Shown here: positions 9,245 through 19,001 of the stretch, piece by piece | How positions within the stretch are numbered: position 1 is the stretch's first letter | Layout of the letters: the number at the start of each line of letters is the position of its first letter | Origin: Patescibacteria group bacterium | GTDB lineage: Bacteria > Patescibacteriota > Doudnabacteria > UBA920 > O2-02-FULL-48-8 | NCBI GenBank assembly: GCA_036278915.1 | Contig: DASUKB010000004.1 | Span: 73,441 to 137,440, forward strand | Length of the DNA: 64,000 bases | Reading direction: 5' to 3' | The notes under the pieces: generated by a model | What the model saw: the letters and a program-made list of their open reading frames with translations, nothing else | What the model was told of the DNA's origin: nothing | Database searches by the model: none | Made by a program: the position numbers and the translations under genes

Positions 9245-9599
9245 AAAATTAGATTTAAGATTAAAGTTGTAAGATTTAAGTTGCTAACCCAAAATACAAG
9301 AGTTCGAAACTTAAATCTACCAACTTACAACTTCGAGCTAAATAAAAACTGTCTTTCCAAAGACAGTATCTGAGTTGATAAATCAACTAACTACATCGTA
9401 GTCAGCCGATTTATCGGCTCTGCTCCTGCTTAGCAGATTAAGGCATTTGATTCCTTCCCTTTAGAACTCCCCTCGCCCGTTCGCGGGAGAGGGCTGGGGG
9501 TGAGGTTGCCAGCTAAGGTCTTTGGAAATATTTAGTTCTCACGCAGTATATAGGAATTTTGAAAGCAAGTCAAGATCAATCGTAAGCAACGCCTAACCT
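9245..9599 (-). promoter_or_regulatory. structured 5' leader of rplJ (candidate L10-leader-type autoregulatory element)
   Basis: A 355-nt noncoding stretch containing several perfect hairpins: actgtctttccaaagacagt, agttgataaatcaact and agccgatttatcggct. It also contains repeat E1. Its position upstream of rplJ matches where L10(L12)4 autoregulatory leaders occur. Confidence 0.3.
9467..9513 (+). repeat. repeat family 2, copy E1 (TTAGAACTCC..CCCGTTCGCGGGAGAGGGCTGGGGGTGAGG)
   Basis: A CCCTCGCCCG/CGGGAGAGGG stem around a UUCG tetraloop, followed by a G-rich tail. Near-identical copies are at 59601-59650 and, reversed, at 14096-14150. Confidence 0.75.
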
Positions 9600-10049
9600 T
9601 TAATTTAGCTTACTTTTAATGGCTTTTTCAATAAGCCAGGAGCTTGATTGTATCTTTCCGCCAGCGCCTACATTAAATACCATTTTACAACCAATCCGTT
9701 TGCAAACTTCTGATTCAGGAACGTTGTTTGCGTCCCTGTCGCCACCATTAGCAAAAACGTCAGGTCTCAAATAAGCAAGCTCAACCGACACACTCATGTC
9801 CGATACATCTGGCTTGTGCATAGATAAAAACACTTCATCAACATATCGGATTGATTCAATTATTTCCTTGCGTTCATTTTCTGGCATGAAAACAAAATTC
9901 TTTTTCTTCATCAGCCAGTTGTCGTTATTTAAAATTACAATAAGTTTATCGCCGAGTTCCTTCGCTTCTTTAAATAGCCGTACGTGACCAGAATGAACAG
10001 GGTCAAAACCCCCAGAGACTACCACAACAGTTTCCTTTTTTTCTTTCAT
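9600..10049 (-). CDS. cytidylyltransferase-family nucleotidyltransferase (RfaE domain II / TagD-like)
   Basis: VVVVSGGFDPVHSGHVRLF carries the HxGH nucleotidyltransferase signature. The size and layout (149 aa) match heptose-1-phosphate adenylyltransferase or glycerol-3-phosphate cytidylyltransferase-like enzymes. Confidence 0.7.
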   Translation of the reverse strand: MKEKKETVVVVSGGFDPVHSGHVRLFKEAKELGDKLIVILNNDNWLMKKKNFVFMPENERKEIIESIRYVDEVFLSMHKPDVSDMSVSVELAYLRPDVFANGGDRDANNVPESEVCKRIGCKMVFNVGAGGKIQSSSWLIEKAIKSKLN

Positions 10050-10053
10050 AAAT

Positions 10054-11136
10054 TTATTTCAAATATTTTTGTTTATTCGCATTTTGCTCAGCAAGTGTCT
10101 TTGCAAAATAAGCGGTACCGTCTGGCGCGTTCAAAAAATATAAATAGTCGGATTGCGCCGGGTAGATGGCGGCCATAATAGAATCCAACCCAGGATTTGA
10201 AATCGGTCCGGGCGGCAAACCCGTGACTTGGTACGTGTTGTAGGGAGATTTGATTTTTGTGTCTTCGAGCGACACGGAAGGCGTGGATTTGCCAGTGATG
10301 TAATTGACAGTGGCGTCGGATTCCAGCGGCATGCCGATAGCAAGTCGGTTGTAGAAAACCGAAGCGACCAGTTCCCTCTCCTGGTGCATCGCGGCCTGGT
10401 CGTCGGTGGTAATCACAGTTTTGTTTCGGCCCACTTCTTTTTCTATAATTGATGCCAGCACAACCACATCGCCCAGACTGCGGTGCTGCTCTTCCATATC
10501 GCTGCGCATCTGCGCTGTAATCTTGGAGTCAAAGTTGGAAAGCATTTTTTGGACGAGGTCCTGTGCTGTCGTGTCTTTGGAAACAAGGTAAGTGTCTGGA
10601 AACAAAAATCCTTGGTAATTAAAATTTTGAGCTGTTGTCGAATCCGAAAAATTATAACCTGAGGAGTCGAGCGCGGTTTCAAAGTCTTCGGCGGACACAA
10701 CATTTAACTTTTCCAGATCTGAGGCAATCTGCCCGTTGGTCTTGCCTTCCACTACAGTGACCTTGCGCTCGGTGGATACGACCTTGCCGACCGTGAGAAC
10801 GTCGACGATCTGTACAACATTCATATCACGATCTAAAGCATAATTTCCAGCCTGGATCTTATCGGAGGCGTGCCGCAATTTGGTATAAAAAACGAACGAC
10901 CAATATGAGCCGATAACTTTTTCGTCACGGAGTTTATGCGCAATTGCGTATGTGCTTTCTCCCGGGTTGATGACTATATCGACCGGAACCGATACCGAGG
11001 ATGCGGCCTGGTTGATTTTCGTATAAAAATAAGCCCCCAGAGTAAGGAGCACGACTAATCCGAGCGAAATAATGAGGCTGATTATTTTGAACCAGCTGCG
11101 CCTGGGTTGGTCGATGAAAAATTCATGGTTTGACAT
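10054..11136 (-). CDS. mltG: endolytic murein transglycosylase MltG (YceG family)
   Basis: N-terminal TM helix. The C-terminal YceG signature reads ...YNTYQVTGLPPGPISNPGLDSIMAAIYP...YLYF. Confidence 0.8.
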   Translation of the reverse strand: MSNHEFFIDQPRRSWFKIISLIISLGLVVLLTLGAYFYTKINQAASSVSVPVDIVINPGESTYAIAHKLRDEKVIGSYWSFVFYTKLRHASDKIQAGNYALDRDMNVVQIVDVLTVGKVVSTERKVTVVEGKTNGQIASDLEKLNVVSAEDFETALDSSGYNFSDSTTAQNFNYQGFLFPDTYLVSKDTTAQDLVQKMLSNFDSKITAQMRSDMEEQHRSLGDVVVLASIIEKEVGRNKTVITTDDQAAMHQERELVASVFYNRLAIGMPLESDATVNYITGKSTPSVSLEDTKIKSPYNTYQVTGLPPGPISNPGLDSIMAAIYPAQSDYLYFLNAPDGTAYFAKTLAEQNANKQKYLK

Positions 11137-11324
11137 ACTGACATTATGCCAAAATTAAACCCTGCAATCAATGAGCTGCCGAGACTTGCCAAGTTGGCTG
11201 AAATTTGCTATAATATGTATGTAAGTTAAAATTTTCCGAAACAAAATCAAAATTTAGGAAAACAAATCAAATAGAGAGCAATCGGTTCTTTATTTTTCTT
11301 TTGTTTTTACTCGCAAACACAAAA

Positions 11325-11801
11325 ATGTTCACGAAATTAAAATTTGGCATCCTTTTGGGTGCGATACTTCTGAGCACGGGGCTTGCCCGCCCGTTTTCTT
11401 CGTTATCCATGAACCAGATTATGAGCATGGTCAATGCAGATCGGGTAAGTCAAGGTTTGCCGCGGCTTGATCTGGACCCAACTCTAAATCTGGCGGCTCT
11501 GGCCAAGGCTGATGATATGATAACCAACCATTACTTTGCGCATACTTCCCCGGACGGAGTTGCCCCTTGGTACTGGATCAAAAACGTCGGCTATAATTAC
11601 TCCTATGCCGGTGAAAATCTGGCACTCGGCTTCCAGGACGCATCAGATCTTATGAACTCCTGGATGAACAGCCCAGACCACAGAGCTAATATTCTTTCCC
11701 CTAACTACCAAGACATGGGACTGGCCGTTATCCAATCCTCCGATTCAACTTTGGTTGTGCAGATGTTCGGCTCGGTAAACCATCTCTCGTTGAACAAATA
11801 G
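11325..11801 (+). CDS. secreted CAP/SCP/PR-1 domain protein
   Basis: Signal peptide followed by a CAP-domain motif set (NADRVSQGLPRL; HYFAHTSPDG; GENLA; MNSPDHRANIL). ATG chosen at 11325, because the provided ORF begins at a TTG. An extended -10 TGcTATAAT is present at about 11205. Confidence 0.7.
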   Translation: MFTKLKFGILLGAILLSTGLARPFSSLSMNQIMSMVNADRVSQGLPRLDLDPTLNLAALAKADDMITNHYFAHTSPDGVAPWYWIKNVGYNYSYAGENLALGFQDASDLMNSWMNSPDHRANILSPNYQDMGLAVIQSSDSTLVVQMFGSVNHLSLNK

Positions 11802-11915
11802 ATTTTACCTTACGACACACAACTCCAGTCGCTGACCGGAGTTTTTATTTTTGCCAAAATCAGGGTTGACAAAGCCTGCGTTTACTGCTAGACTCGAAGG
11901 CTTCCCGCAACGCAT

Positions 11916-12581
11916 ATGGATAAAGTTTTAACCCTTATTGCTGTGACGTTCATATACTCGTACGAAGAGCTCAAGGCCTTGTTTTTAAACCTGGTCTACA
12001 AATTTTTTAGAAACAAAAAATATTATTATTCACGCTCAGACAAAATTATATCGGACGCGGTCCTTTTGGCGGCAGTGCCGATTGCCATGACCTGGTATTT
12101 ACGAGGAGCGGCTGGGTTAGAAAAAAACTTACTCGTGCTGCTGCTTCAATTGTCCGCCATCTTTGCGGTGCTAAGTGTTTTGCGATTCGTTGTAAAAAAT
12201 TTTCGCATACCAGAACCAGTTATTACTTACGCTCAATCAATTATGACTTTGGGCGCGGCAACAGGTAAACTCGTTGCGCAACCGGCGCGCATGTTGCAGC
12301 TTGACTCGGCTGAACGTTTAAAATTTTTCTCCAAATTCATTTTCGCCATTGTCATGTCAACTCTCGCGGTGCTTTTGCTTGAACGACTTATAAAAATTTA
12401 TGTGCCCGCAAATTTATCGAACGAGTACGCTCTGCTTTTGCTCGTTTTGGCAGCCGCGCTTTTTCTGCAAAGCGCAATCCCCCATCTTGAAAATATTCTG
12501 TTCCATCCGAAAATAAAATTCTCCGGCTACTTACGCATCATCGCCGGCATCTTGCTTGCTGCATACCTTGTGGTGAAATAA
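11916..12581 (+). CDS. hypothetical polytopic membrane protein
   Basis: 221 aa with about six predicted TM helices. A TTGACA-17-TAGACT promoter lies at about 11868-11896. Confidence 0.45.
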   Translation: MDKVLTLIAVTFIYSYEELKALFLNLVYKFFRNKKYYYSRSDKIISDAVLLAAVPIAMTWYLRGAAGLEKNLLVLLLQLSAIFAVLSVLRFVVKNFRIPEPVITYAQSIMTLGAATGKLVAQPARMLQLDSAERLKFFSKFIFAIVMSTLAVLLLERLIKIYVPANLSNEYALLLLVLAAALFLQSAIPHLENILFHPKIKFSGYLRIIAGILLAAYLVVK

Positions 12582-12612
12582 ACCCAGCCCCTCCTGAGGG
12601 GCTGGGTTTTTG
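12582..12612. terminator. bidirectional terminator
   Basis: cccagcccctcctgaggggctggg hairpin followed by TTTTT. Confidence 0.6.
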
Positions 12613-12672
12613 AAATTTATCTTGCGGGAAAACGGTTAAACCAAAAATTTATTTTCCTACAAGGTCAATTGA

Positions 12673-13356
12673 CTACTTGATGCGGATGTCGCGTTCGATC
12701 TTATCGAGCGCGCGCGATGCATGCTCGCGTCCGCCGAGACCGAATGCCAAACCTCCGGCGATTGCCAACATGGCTATGATGCCGGTAAACAATGTCTGGA
12801 CAAATGCAGTGGCCACGTTCAGCTGGGCCAAAGTTGCCAGGATTGTAAAGATCATGATGGCCCACTGGGTGACGGTGCCAAGCAGGTCAGCCGAAGCAAG
12901 CCCCGCGGCCTGCACTGAGTGCTTGACCAGCCGGGACAGAAATCCAGCGACCATAGTGCCGACCAGCATAATTGCGGCAGCAGCGATGACGTTCGGGATA
13001 TAGAGCAAAACCTGGTTTAAGAAATCCGAAACCTGGTTTAAGCCTAGGATGTTTGCCGCGGCCAAAAAGATAGCCACGAGCAAAAACCACTTGACCAGCC
13101 AAGCAATAGCGCCTGAGATGGACATTTTAACGCCGGTTCGGGCAGAAACCTGGTCCAAACCGAGCTTGTCTCCAACTTCGTCCACGTGGACAGCATGCAA
13201 AGCCTGCTTTATAAGCTTGGCAATTGCTACAGCCACAATCCATCCAACCACCAAAACAATGACCGCAACCAGGAAGTTGGGAAGGAAATTGACGAAACGG
13301 GCATAGACATCCTGCAGAGACGCCTGCACTGGCGAAAGATAATTAGTGTTATTCAT
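12673..13356 (-). CDS. membrane protein with conserved TM-helix repeats (mechanosensitive-channel-like family)
   Basis: Three repeated amphipathic/TM helix units of the type found in MscS-like N-terminal regions, for example LVGTMVAGFLSRLVKHSV. Confidence 0.45.
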   Translation of the reverse strand: MNNTNYLSPVQASLQDVYARFVNFLPNFLVAVIVLVVGWIVAVAIAKLIKQALHAVHVDEVGDKLGLDQVSARTGVKMSISGAIAWLVKWFLLVAIFLAAANILGLNQVSDFLNQVLLYIPNVIAAAAIMLVGTMVAGFLSRLVKHSVQAAGLASADLLGTVTQWAIMIFTILATLAQLNVATAFVQTLFTGIIAMLAIAGGLAFGLGGREHASRALDKIERDIRIK

Positions 13357-13590
13357 AGTTACACCCCCAATTCATTACTTATCATTCGACCTTTGGTTAA
13401 TTTTTCCAATTACTTGGAAATAAAGCAAAAAATCTCACAACTGCGGCAGAATATCCGAAACGAACGAAAAAGCCACAACCCCAAAGTCTGGGTTAGTGGC
13501 TCCTATGCATAATCTTGTTGTCGTGTTTAAGTTCCATTCAGAATTTTCTCTTGCGTTTGCATTATGACACACGTCATTTTAACTGTCAAG

Positions 13591-14034
13591 CTAATATGTC
13601 CGTTTACGCATGGAATCAAGTCCGAAAATTCGTCCCGCGTTGAACGCCGAAAGCAATAAAAATCCCAAACCATAAATTATATGCTCATCAACTATATATG
13701 AGCTTGAGTCAGAAGTTAAGTGTGGGAAATTAAGCACCGGGAAATAATATAAAAGCATCAGGAGTGCCGCTGCGCGAGCCGACCATTTGACCCACAGCCC
13801 CAGTATAAGCGACACGCCAATCGCTATCTGGCCCCAAACATTGAGAAAATCCACAACCTTAAGCGTCCTGGCGCTAGCCAGTGCATGGTAAAACCCTGCA
13901 AAAGTAGAAGCGTGGTTAAGATACGAAGCCGCAGAAAACGCCGTCGGGGCCATAAGTTTGCTCCAACCAGCATAGAACATAAGCCAGCCCAAACCCAGGC
14001 GAAGCAGAAGCAAAAGGAATTTTTTGTAAGTCAT
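13591..14034 (-). CDS. DoxX-family membrane protein
   Basis: RLGLGWLMFYAGWSKL is the DoxX-type first helix, and the protein has four TM helices. Confidence 0.65.
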   Translation of the reverse strand: MTYKKFLLLLLRLGLGWLMFYAGWSKLMAPTAFSAASYLNHASTFAGFYHALASARTLKVVDFLNVWGQIAIGVSLILGLWVKWSARAAALLMLLYYFPVLNFPHLTSDSSSYIVDEHIIYGLGFLLLSAFNAGRIFGLDSMRKRTY

Positions 14035-14095
14035 TTTGTTTCAATAAGTTTACCGCACGGCTTCATTATACCCCCAACCCCTGCTTTTGAACATC

Positions 14096-14150
14096 CCGCT
14101 CTTTCCCCTCACCCTCTTTTCCCTCTCCCAAAGGGAGGGGGAAGTTCCAA
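14096..14150 (-). repeat. repeat family 2, copy E2 (reverse orientation)
   Basis: The reverse complement reads GGAACTTCCCCCTCCCTTTGGGAGAGGGAAAAGAGGGTGAGGGG, which matches E1 and E3. Confidence 0.65.
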
Positions 14151-14168
14151 TCTGTAGACGAACCAAAC

Positions 14169-14199
14169 AAAAACCGCCCCGTATTGTTGGGGCGGATTT
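14169..14199 (-). terminator. terminator downstream of hup
   Basis: aaaaaccgccccgtattgttggggcggattt hairpin. Confidence 0.6.
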
Positions 14200-14210
14200 G
14201 GTTTCTGAAA

Positions 14211-14495
14211 TTACAGGATTGAGTCTTTGGCAGCTTTGGCAACGCGGAACTTTACAACAGTCTTGGCAGGGATTTTGATCTGCTCGCCAGTGGCTGGGTT
14301 GCGTCCCATGCGGGCTTCGCGGTGCTTTTTGAGGAGCTTGCCGAGTCCTGGGATCGTGAATTCTCCGCTCTTTTTTGCCTCATCGTAGGCAAGATTGACG
14401 AGGGCGTCGATCAGTTCGGCGATTTCTTTGCGTGATTTACCGGTCTTTTCGGCAACCGCGTTAAGCACCTCGGATTTGGTCATTCCTTTGGCCAT
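14211..14495 (-). CDS. hup: DNA-binding protein HU
   Basis: MAKGMTKSEVLNAVAEKTGKSRKEIAELIDALVNLAYDEAKKSGEFTIPGLGKL...RNPATGEQIKIPA matches the HU/IHF fold signature. Confidence 0.9.
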   Translation of the reverse strand: MAKGMTKSEVLNAVAEKTGKSRKEIAELIDALVNLAYDEAKKSGEFTIPGLGKLLKKHREARMGRNPATGEQIKIPAKTVVKFRVAKAAKDSIL

Positions 14496-14706
14496 AATTG
14501 GTCCTTTTTGTCCCCAAAATCGTATGTTTTTGGGAAAACCTTAAGAATTATTAACAATCTATGAGATAGTATAGCAAAACCTTAAGGATTACGCCAGTTT
14601 CGTCAAGAGCGGTTTGGAATTTACTTGGGTTTTTACATATTTGCTGTTTGACACTTAGGCAATTCAAACCTACAGTACTTAAGCAAATCGCCCAAGGAGG
14701 ACAGCA

Positions 14707-15177
14707 ATGCGCACGCTAGCGCTAACGCTTTTTGTGTGTTTGGCACTTACCGCACCGATTCAGTCCGTGCCGCCGCAGACCAACTGGCCAGTGGCAGAAG
14801 TGGATTCCGCAGCGGCCATCAATCTCACGCAGGAGTTGCAGAAAGCCAAAAACCTCGATGACCCGGGTTGGATGATCTACTGGTGGAGCCGTGCCACAAG
14901 TGGCGCGCTCAATGATCAGGAACGCCAAACTCTTACCATCCTGGCAAATCGTCAGGCAACTCGGTCCATGTTTGGGCCAGATACAACCCTGTATCTGACG
15001 CTGTTTGCCGGCCAAATTCTGATCACGGATGACGCCCAGAAAGCATTGCTACAAAACCAACTCCAGCAAGCGCGTGAAATTTCCGAGCTGCGGGAAATGG
15101 TAAATAAGCTTTGTGCCCAACTAAAAACAGCGCAGGCCGAATGCGCCAAGAACAAAAACCACGTGGAGTCTCCATGA
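14707..15177 (+). CDS. hypothetical secreted protein
   Basis: Signal peptide (MRTLALTLFVCLALTAPIQS) and a strong SD (AAGGAGGA). GC content is higher than in the neighbouring genes. A terminator overlaps the stop codon. Confidence 0.5.
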   Translation: MRTLALTLFVCLALTAPIQSVPPQTNWPVAEVDSAAAINLTQELQKAKNLDDPGWMIYWWSRATSGALNDQERQTLTILANRQATRSMFGPDTTLYLTLFAGQILITDDAQKALLQNQLQQAREISELREMVNKLCAQLKTAQAECAKNKNHVESP

Positions 15178-15191
15178 CCCGCGTGGTTTTT
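15158..15191 (+). terminator. rho-independent terminator
   Basis: aaccacgtggagtctccatgacccgcgtggtttttt. Confidence 0.55.
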
Positions 15192-16699
15192 TAGACATAC
15201 CCTGGAAAAAAATCGGTCTTAATTCTTCGTCCGGCAACACCCATGCCTGACAAAAGATCTTTGGTTGATGTAACCATATTCTGCGTGCCGGAAATGTAAA
15301 AAGTACGCTCTTTATAATCCGGCACATGGCGCACAATTTTGTCAGCATCCAGCCGGCCGCGCTCCCCTGCCCAATCTGCCGGCACATCGCCGGTAAGCGT
15401 GTACACGGTTTTGATTCCCAATTTCTCCGAAGCTTCATCCAAAACATCACGGTAGACTATTTCGTCGGCATTGCGATTTGAAAAAAACAAAATTGCTGGG
15501 CGCTTTTCGTTTTTGTCCAGCAAATATTTGAGCATGCTGCGGTACGGAGTAATGCCTATGCCGCCCGCTATGAACACAAGTTTTTTGCTGGGATCCGAAG
15601 GAAGCGTAAAATCCCCTGCTAGCTGGCCGGCAAAGAGTTTGGAGCCTGGCGGTAAATCCTGCAAGGTCTTTTTGAAACTGGACGACTTGTCGTAAAATTT
15701 CACCCCCAAACGGAGATTGTCCTCTGTGGGCGACGAAGCGATTGTAAAATACCGACGGTTTCCGCGCAGGTCGGCTTTATGCCGGATGGTCCATTCCAAA
15801 TACTGGCCGGGACGGAATTTAAATTTCAGCGGTTCAAATACAAATTCCCAAACGTTACCGGACAGTTCACGCTTTTGCGCCAGAGTCAGCTGCAATCTTT
15901 CTTTGGAACCCACTGCGTACGAATAGACATTGCCGAATACAAGCGCCAATTCCGGAGTCATATAAAAATTGCCGAAATGCGTAAAGGGCGAAGCCAACAC
16001 GCCCACGATAATACCGTAAATAATCTGCAGGCGCTGTGTGGGAGGTGTAGTTGCCGGTTCGGTAAACATGACAGTGGCAAAAAACACAAGCGGCGAATAA
16101 ACTACCAAAGCCTTAAGCACCGGCCCGATTGCTGCGCCTTCATACAAACTAAAGGCTAAGGTCGTGAGGATTGTAACGGCCAAGAATGTGTAAACCATAT
16201 TCCAGCGGCGAGTTTTCCGCACAAACAGCACTCCCATAATGATAACCGGAATAACCATCCAGACATTGCCCACCCACCAGCTGGCACCCATACCCAACAG
16301 ATAAAAAGTTGCGACCACCGCCAGAGCCGCAGGATTGAAAATGTGCCGCCGCCTATAAGCAATCAGATATTTGGAACCCATAGCAATGAGACTGGCCCAA
16401 AACAAGAATAAAAATCCCGCCTGGTCCGCGGCCGGCGAGATAATCAATGCCAAAATCATGGCTGTGATGTAGGGCGATTCGACATTGGCCGGTACGCGGA
16501 AAATCCACGCGAATAATTTATTCAAGACCCAGTTTGAGGCAATCAAAAACTCAATCGTGTACACAAGGTCCGAGGCATGGAACGGCAATTTGCCGGCAAG
16601 ACTCACCCCGTAAGCCCAAAAAAGCAAAACGACGAGTGAGTACATCACCAGCTTGTACATCGTGATTCGATTGAGAAATTTGTCCAAAGTCTTAAACAT
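15191..16699 (-). CDS. membrane-bound oxidoreductase: polytopic membrane domain fused to FAD/NAD(P)-binding ferredoxin-reductase-type domain
   Basis: The C-terminal half carries FNR-family motifs (RYFTIASSP; FIAGGIGITP). The N-terminal half has about eight TM helices. Start set at MFKTLDKF (16699), preceded by an extended -10 TGcTATGAT. This transcript looks leaderless. Confidence 0.6.
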   Translation of the reverse strand: MFKTLDKFLNRITMYKLVMYSLVVLLFWAYGVSLAGKLPFHASDLVYTIEFLIASNWVLNKLFAWIFRVPANVESPYITAMILALIISPAADQAGFLFLFWASLIAMGSKYLIAYRRRHIFNPAALAVVATFYLLGMGASWWVGNVWMVIPVIIMGVLFVRKTRRWNMVYTFLAVTILTTLAFSLYEGAAIGPVLKALVVYSPLVFFATVMFTEPATTPPTQRLQIIYGIIVGVLASPFTHFGNFYMTPELALVFGNVYSYAVGSKERLQLTLAQKRELSGNVWEFVFEPLKFKFRPGQYLEWTIRHKADLRGNRRYFTIASSPTEDNLRLGVKFYDKSSSFKKTLQDLPPGSKLFAGQLAGDFTLPSDPSKKLVFIAGGIGITPYRSMLKYLLDKNEKRPAILFFSNRNADEIVYRDVLDEASEKLGIKTVYTLTGDVPADWAGERGRLDADKIVRHVPDYKERTFYISGTQNMVTSTKDLLSGMGVAGRRIKTDFFPGYV

Positions 16700-16767
16700 A
16701 AAGCAATCATAGCAAAAACAATTTGCGTCCGCTAGTCTCAATTTTTAAATTCACATATAATAATCCT

Positions 16768-18003
16768 ATGACCAAACTTGGAAAATTAATTATCGGGATT
16801 ATTATCCTCGGGCTTATAGTTACAGGCTGGTTTTGGCTGAAAGCCAATAACCAACCTCCCGAACAATCCAATGCGCTCCAAACTTCAACACCTCCAACCG
16901 AGACCACACATTCGATGACGCAAACAGCTCTTGCCCTACCTGGCGGTAAAACCATAATTCTCATGCATCCGGACGACTACACGATTTCTGTGGCAGCCAT
17001 GGGATTTGCCCGAGCGCGCTTTATGGCCAAAAGCCCAGACGGCCGATTATTTGTCGGGGAAATGTACAATGCCTCGGACACAACGCGCGGCCGCGTGCTC
17101 GTACTAAGTAATTTTGGTAGCGCTACAAATTCGTTTAAAACCACGAACATTTATTTGGCGAACCTGCGCAATCCAAACAGCGTGAATTTTTACACAGACT
17201 CAAACAACCAGACTTGGATTTATATCGCGCTCACGGATAAACTGATCCGCTACAAATATTCTGCCGGCGACATCGCGCCTGAGGGCGCACCCGAAACTGT
17301 GGCTACATTCCCAGACACCGGCAATACCGTGGCCGAAGGCGGCTGGCACATCACGCGCACAGTTATATTCCACAACGACAAACTCTATGTCTCGGTGGGC
17401 AGCTCTTGCAACTCCTGCGAAGAGAAAACTTCGGAACCGGATCGCGCGTCTATTTTGGTTATGAACCCGGACGGCACAAATCAGCAAATTTATGCCAATG
17501 GCCTTCGCAACGCCGTGGGCATAGAATTTGTGGGCGACCAGCTTTACGCCACCGAAAACAATGCCGACCAGCTGGGAAATGACCGGCCCAATGACGAGCT
17601 GTATAAAATTGCGCAAGGTACAAATTATGGCTGGCCGTACTGCTACCAATTCAATGGACAAATCCTGCCAGATAATTCGCAAAGCTGGAAAAATAATTTT
17701 GACTGCGGAAATGTTCCACTGGCGTTTGCCGCACTAGAACCACACTCGGCTCCTCTGGGCTTTGAATACTTCGACGGCCATTTTCTGGTGGCCGAACATG
17801 GCTCCGGACAGAAAACAATCGGCAATGGCTACAAGGTAGTCTCCGTTTCTTCAAACGGGCAAGTTTCCGATTTCCTCACTGGTTTCCTCACGAATGGAAC
17901 GGTTGTGGGCCGGCCGGTGGATGTATACAAAAACGATGACAAATCATTCTTTGTCACCGATGATTACAATGGCGTTATTTACTATATGCAAAAAACCGAT
18001 TAG
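16768..18003 (+). CDS. PQQ-dependent sugar dehydrogenase-like beta-propeller (soluble glucose/sorbosone dehydrogenase family)
   Basis: N-terminal TM anchor, then NYGWPYCY and other GSDH-family propeller motifs. The likely start is MTKLGK at 16768, 6 nt after a TATAAT box, so leaderless. Confidence 0.65.
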   Translation: MTKLGKLIIGIIILGLIVTGWFWLKANNQPPEQSNALQTSTPPTETTHSMTQTALALPGGKTIILMHPDDYTISVAAMGFARARFMAKSPDGRLFVGEMYNASDTTRGRVLVLSNFGSATNSFKTTNIYLANLRNPNSVNFYTDSNNQTWIYIALTDKLIRYKYSAGDIAPEGAPETVATFPDTGNTVAEGGWHITRTVIFHNDKLYVSVGSSCNSCEEKTSEPDRASILVMNPDGTNQQIYANGLRNAVGIEFVGDQLYATENNADQLGNDRPNDELYKIAQGTNYGWPYCYQFNGQILPDNSQSWKNNFDCGNVPLAFAALEPHSAPLGFEYFDGHFLVAEHGSGQKTIGNGYKVVSVSSNGQVSDFLTGFLTNGTVVGRPVDVYKNDDKSFFVTDDYNGVIYYMQKTD

Positions 18004-18596
18004 AGTTTTTTGCGGCGGAAAATTGTAAGCGTCAGAGGCAAAACCGATAAAATCATAATCACTGCGATAATCCAATTGGTATAGACGCTTCCGTCCGGCA
18101 CTAATTCTCCCAAAAAATATCCCACGAAACCAACCACCAAAGTCCAGGCCGCGGCACCGATAAAATTAAACTTCAAAAAAGTCCGGTATTGCATGCTGCC
18201 AATGCCAGCCAAAACCGGAACCACGGTTCGGAAAAAAGGAATAAATCGCGCCAGCACTATAGTCTGGCGGCCGTGGATATTATAAAATTTTTGTATGCGG
18301 GAAATGTGTGCCTGGTCCAAACCAAGCCACTGGTATCTGCCGAACAAACCCTGGCCAAAACGCTTGCCCAAGGCATACGCCAGACTATCGCCCAAAACCG
18401 CGGCCAAAAATCCTAAGCTTACCACGATCCAAATATTAAGAAGTCCGCTGGACGCCAAAAGTCCGGCAGTGAAAAGCAAGCTCTCTCCAGGCAGTATAAG
18501 TCCGACCAAAAGCCCCGTTTCGGCAAAAAGAATCGCAAACATGCCCAGATAGCCGCCGGTATGAATTATCGCAGTCGTGTCCAAAAATTCCAGCAT
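18000..18596 (-). CDS. dedA: DedA-family membrane protein
   Basis: The core motif GLILPGESLLFTAGLLAS matches the DedA/SNARE-associated family. Confidence 0.8.
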   Translation of the reverse strand: MLEFLDTTAIIHTGGYLGMFAILFAETGLLVGLILPGESLLFTAGLLASSGLLNIWIVVSLGFLAAVLGDSLAYALGKRFGQGLFGRYQWLGLDQAHISRIQKFYNIHGRQTIVLARFIPFFRTVVPVLAGIGSMQYRTFLKFNFIGAAAWTLVVGFVGYFLGELVPDGSVYTNWIIAVIMILSVLPLTLTIFRRKKL

Positions 18597-18643
18597 TGTT
18601 TAAGCATAACAAAAAACTTTGTTGCCTGCGAATATAGACAAAC

Positions 18644-18672
18644 AAAAAACCGCCCCGGAGGGCGGATTTTTT
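18644..18672 (-). terminator. terminator downstream of cspA
   Basis: aaaaaaccgccccggagggcggatttttt. Confidence 0.6.
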
Positions 18673-18680
18673 GCGAAAGT

Positions 18681-18884
18681 TTAAGCCTTCTGGACGTTGA
18701 TGGCAGCCGGGCCTTTTGGGCCGGAGTCATCGACATCAAACGAAACCATATCGCCTTCGTGCAGATCCGCAAAGTTTGCGCCGGACAAAGATTTGCTGTG
18801 GAAAAAGAGATCTTTTTCCTGTCCGTCAACTTTGATGAATCCAAAACCTTTGTCGGCTATAAGTTTCTTGATTGTGCCGTTCAT
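18681..18884 (-). CDS. cspA: cold-shock protein CspA family
   Basis: MNGTIKKLIADKGFGFIKVDGQEKDLFFHSKSL contains the RNP1 (KGFGFI) and RNP2 (FFH) motifs. Start at the internal M of ORF 18681..18914. Confidence 0.85.
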   Translation of the reverse strand: MNGTIKKLIADKGFGFIKVDGQEKDLFFHSKSLSGANFADLHEGDMVSFDVDDSGPKGPAAINVQKA

Positions 18885-19001
18885 CGTGGTTTGAAATTTA
18901 AAGATAATCTGCAAATAAATTGGTTTGCGAAATTTCGACTAAATTCCAACCCAGAATAATTTGCTCAAACAGTATGACAGAATATCAGCAATAAGTCCAG
19001 T

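Noticed and set aside
8261-9272. Plus-strand ORFs overlapping rplL and rplJ (for example 8261..8599, 8943..9272)
   Set aside because: Antisense shadow ORFs of highly conserved ribosomal protein genes.
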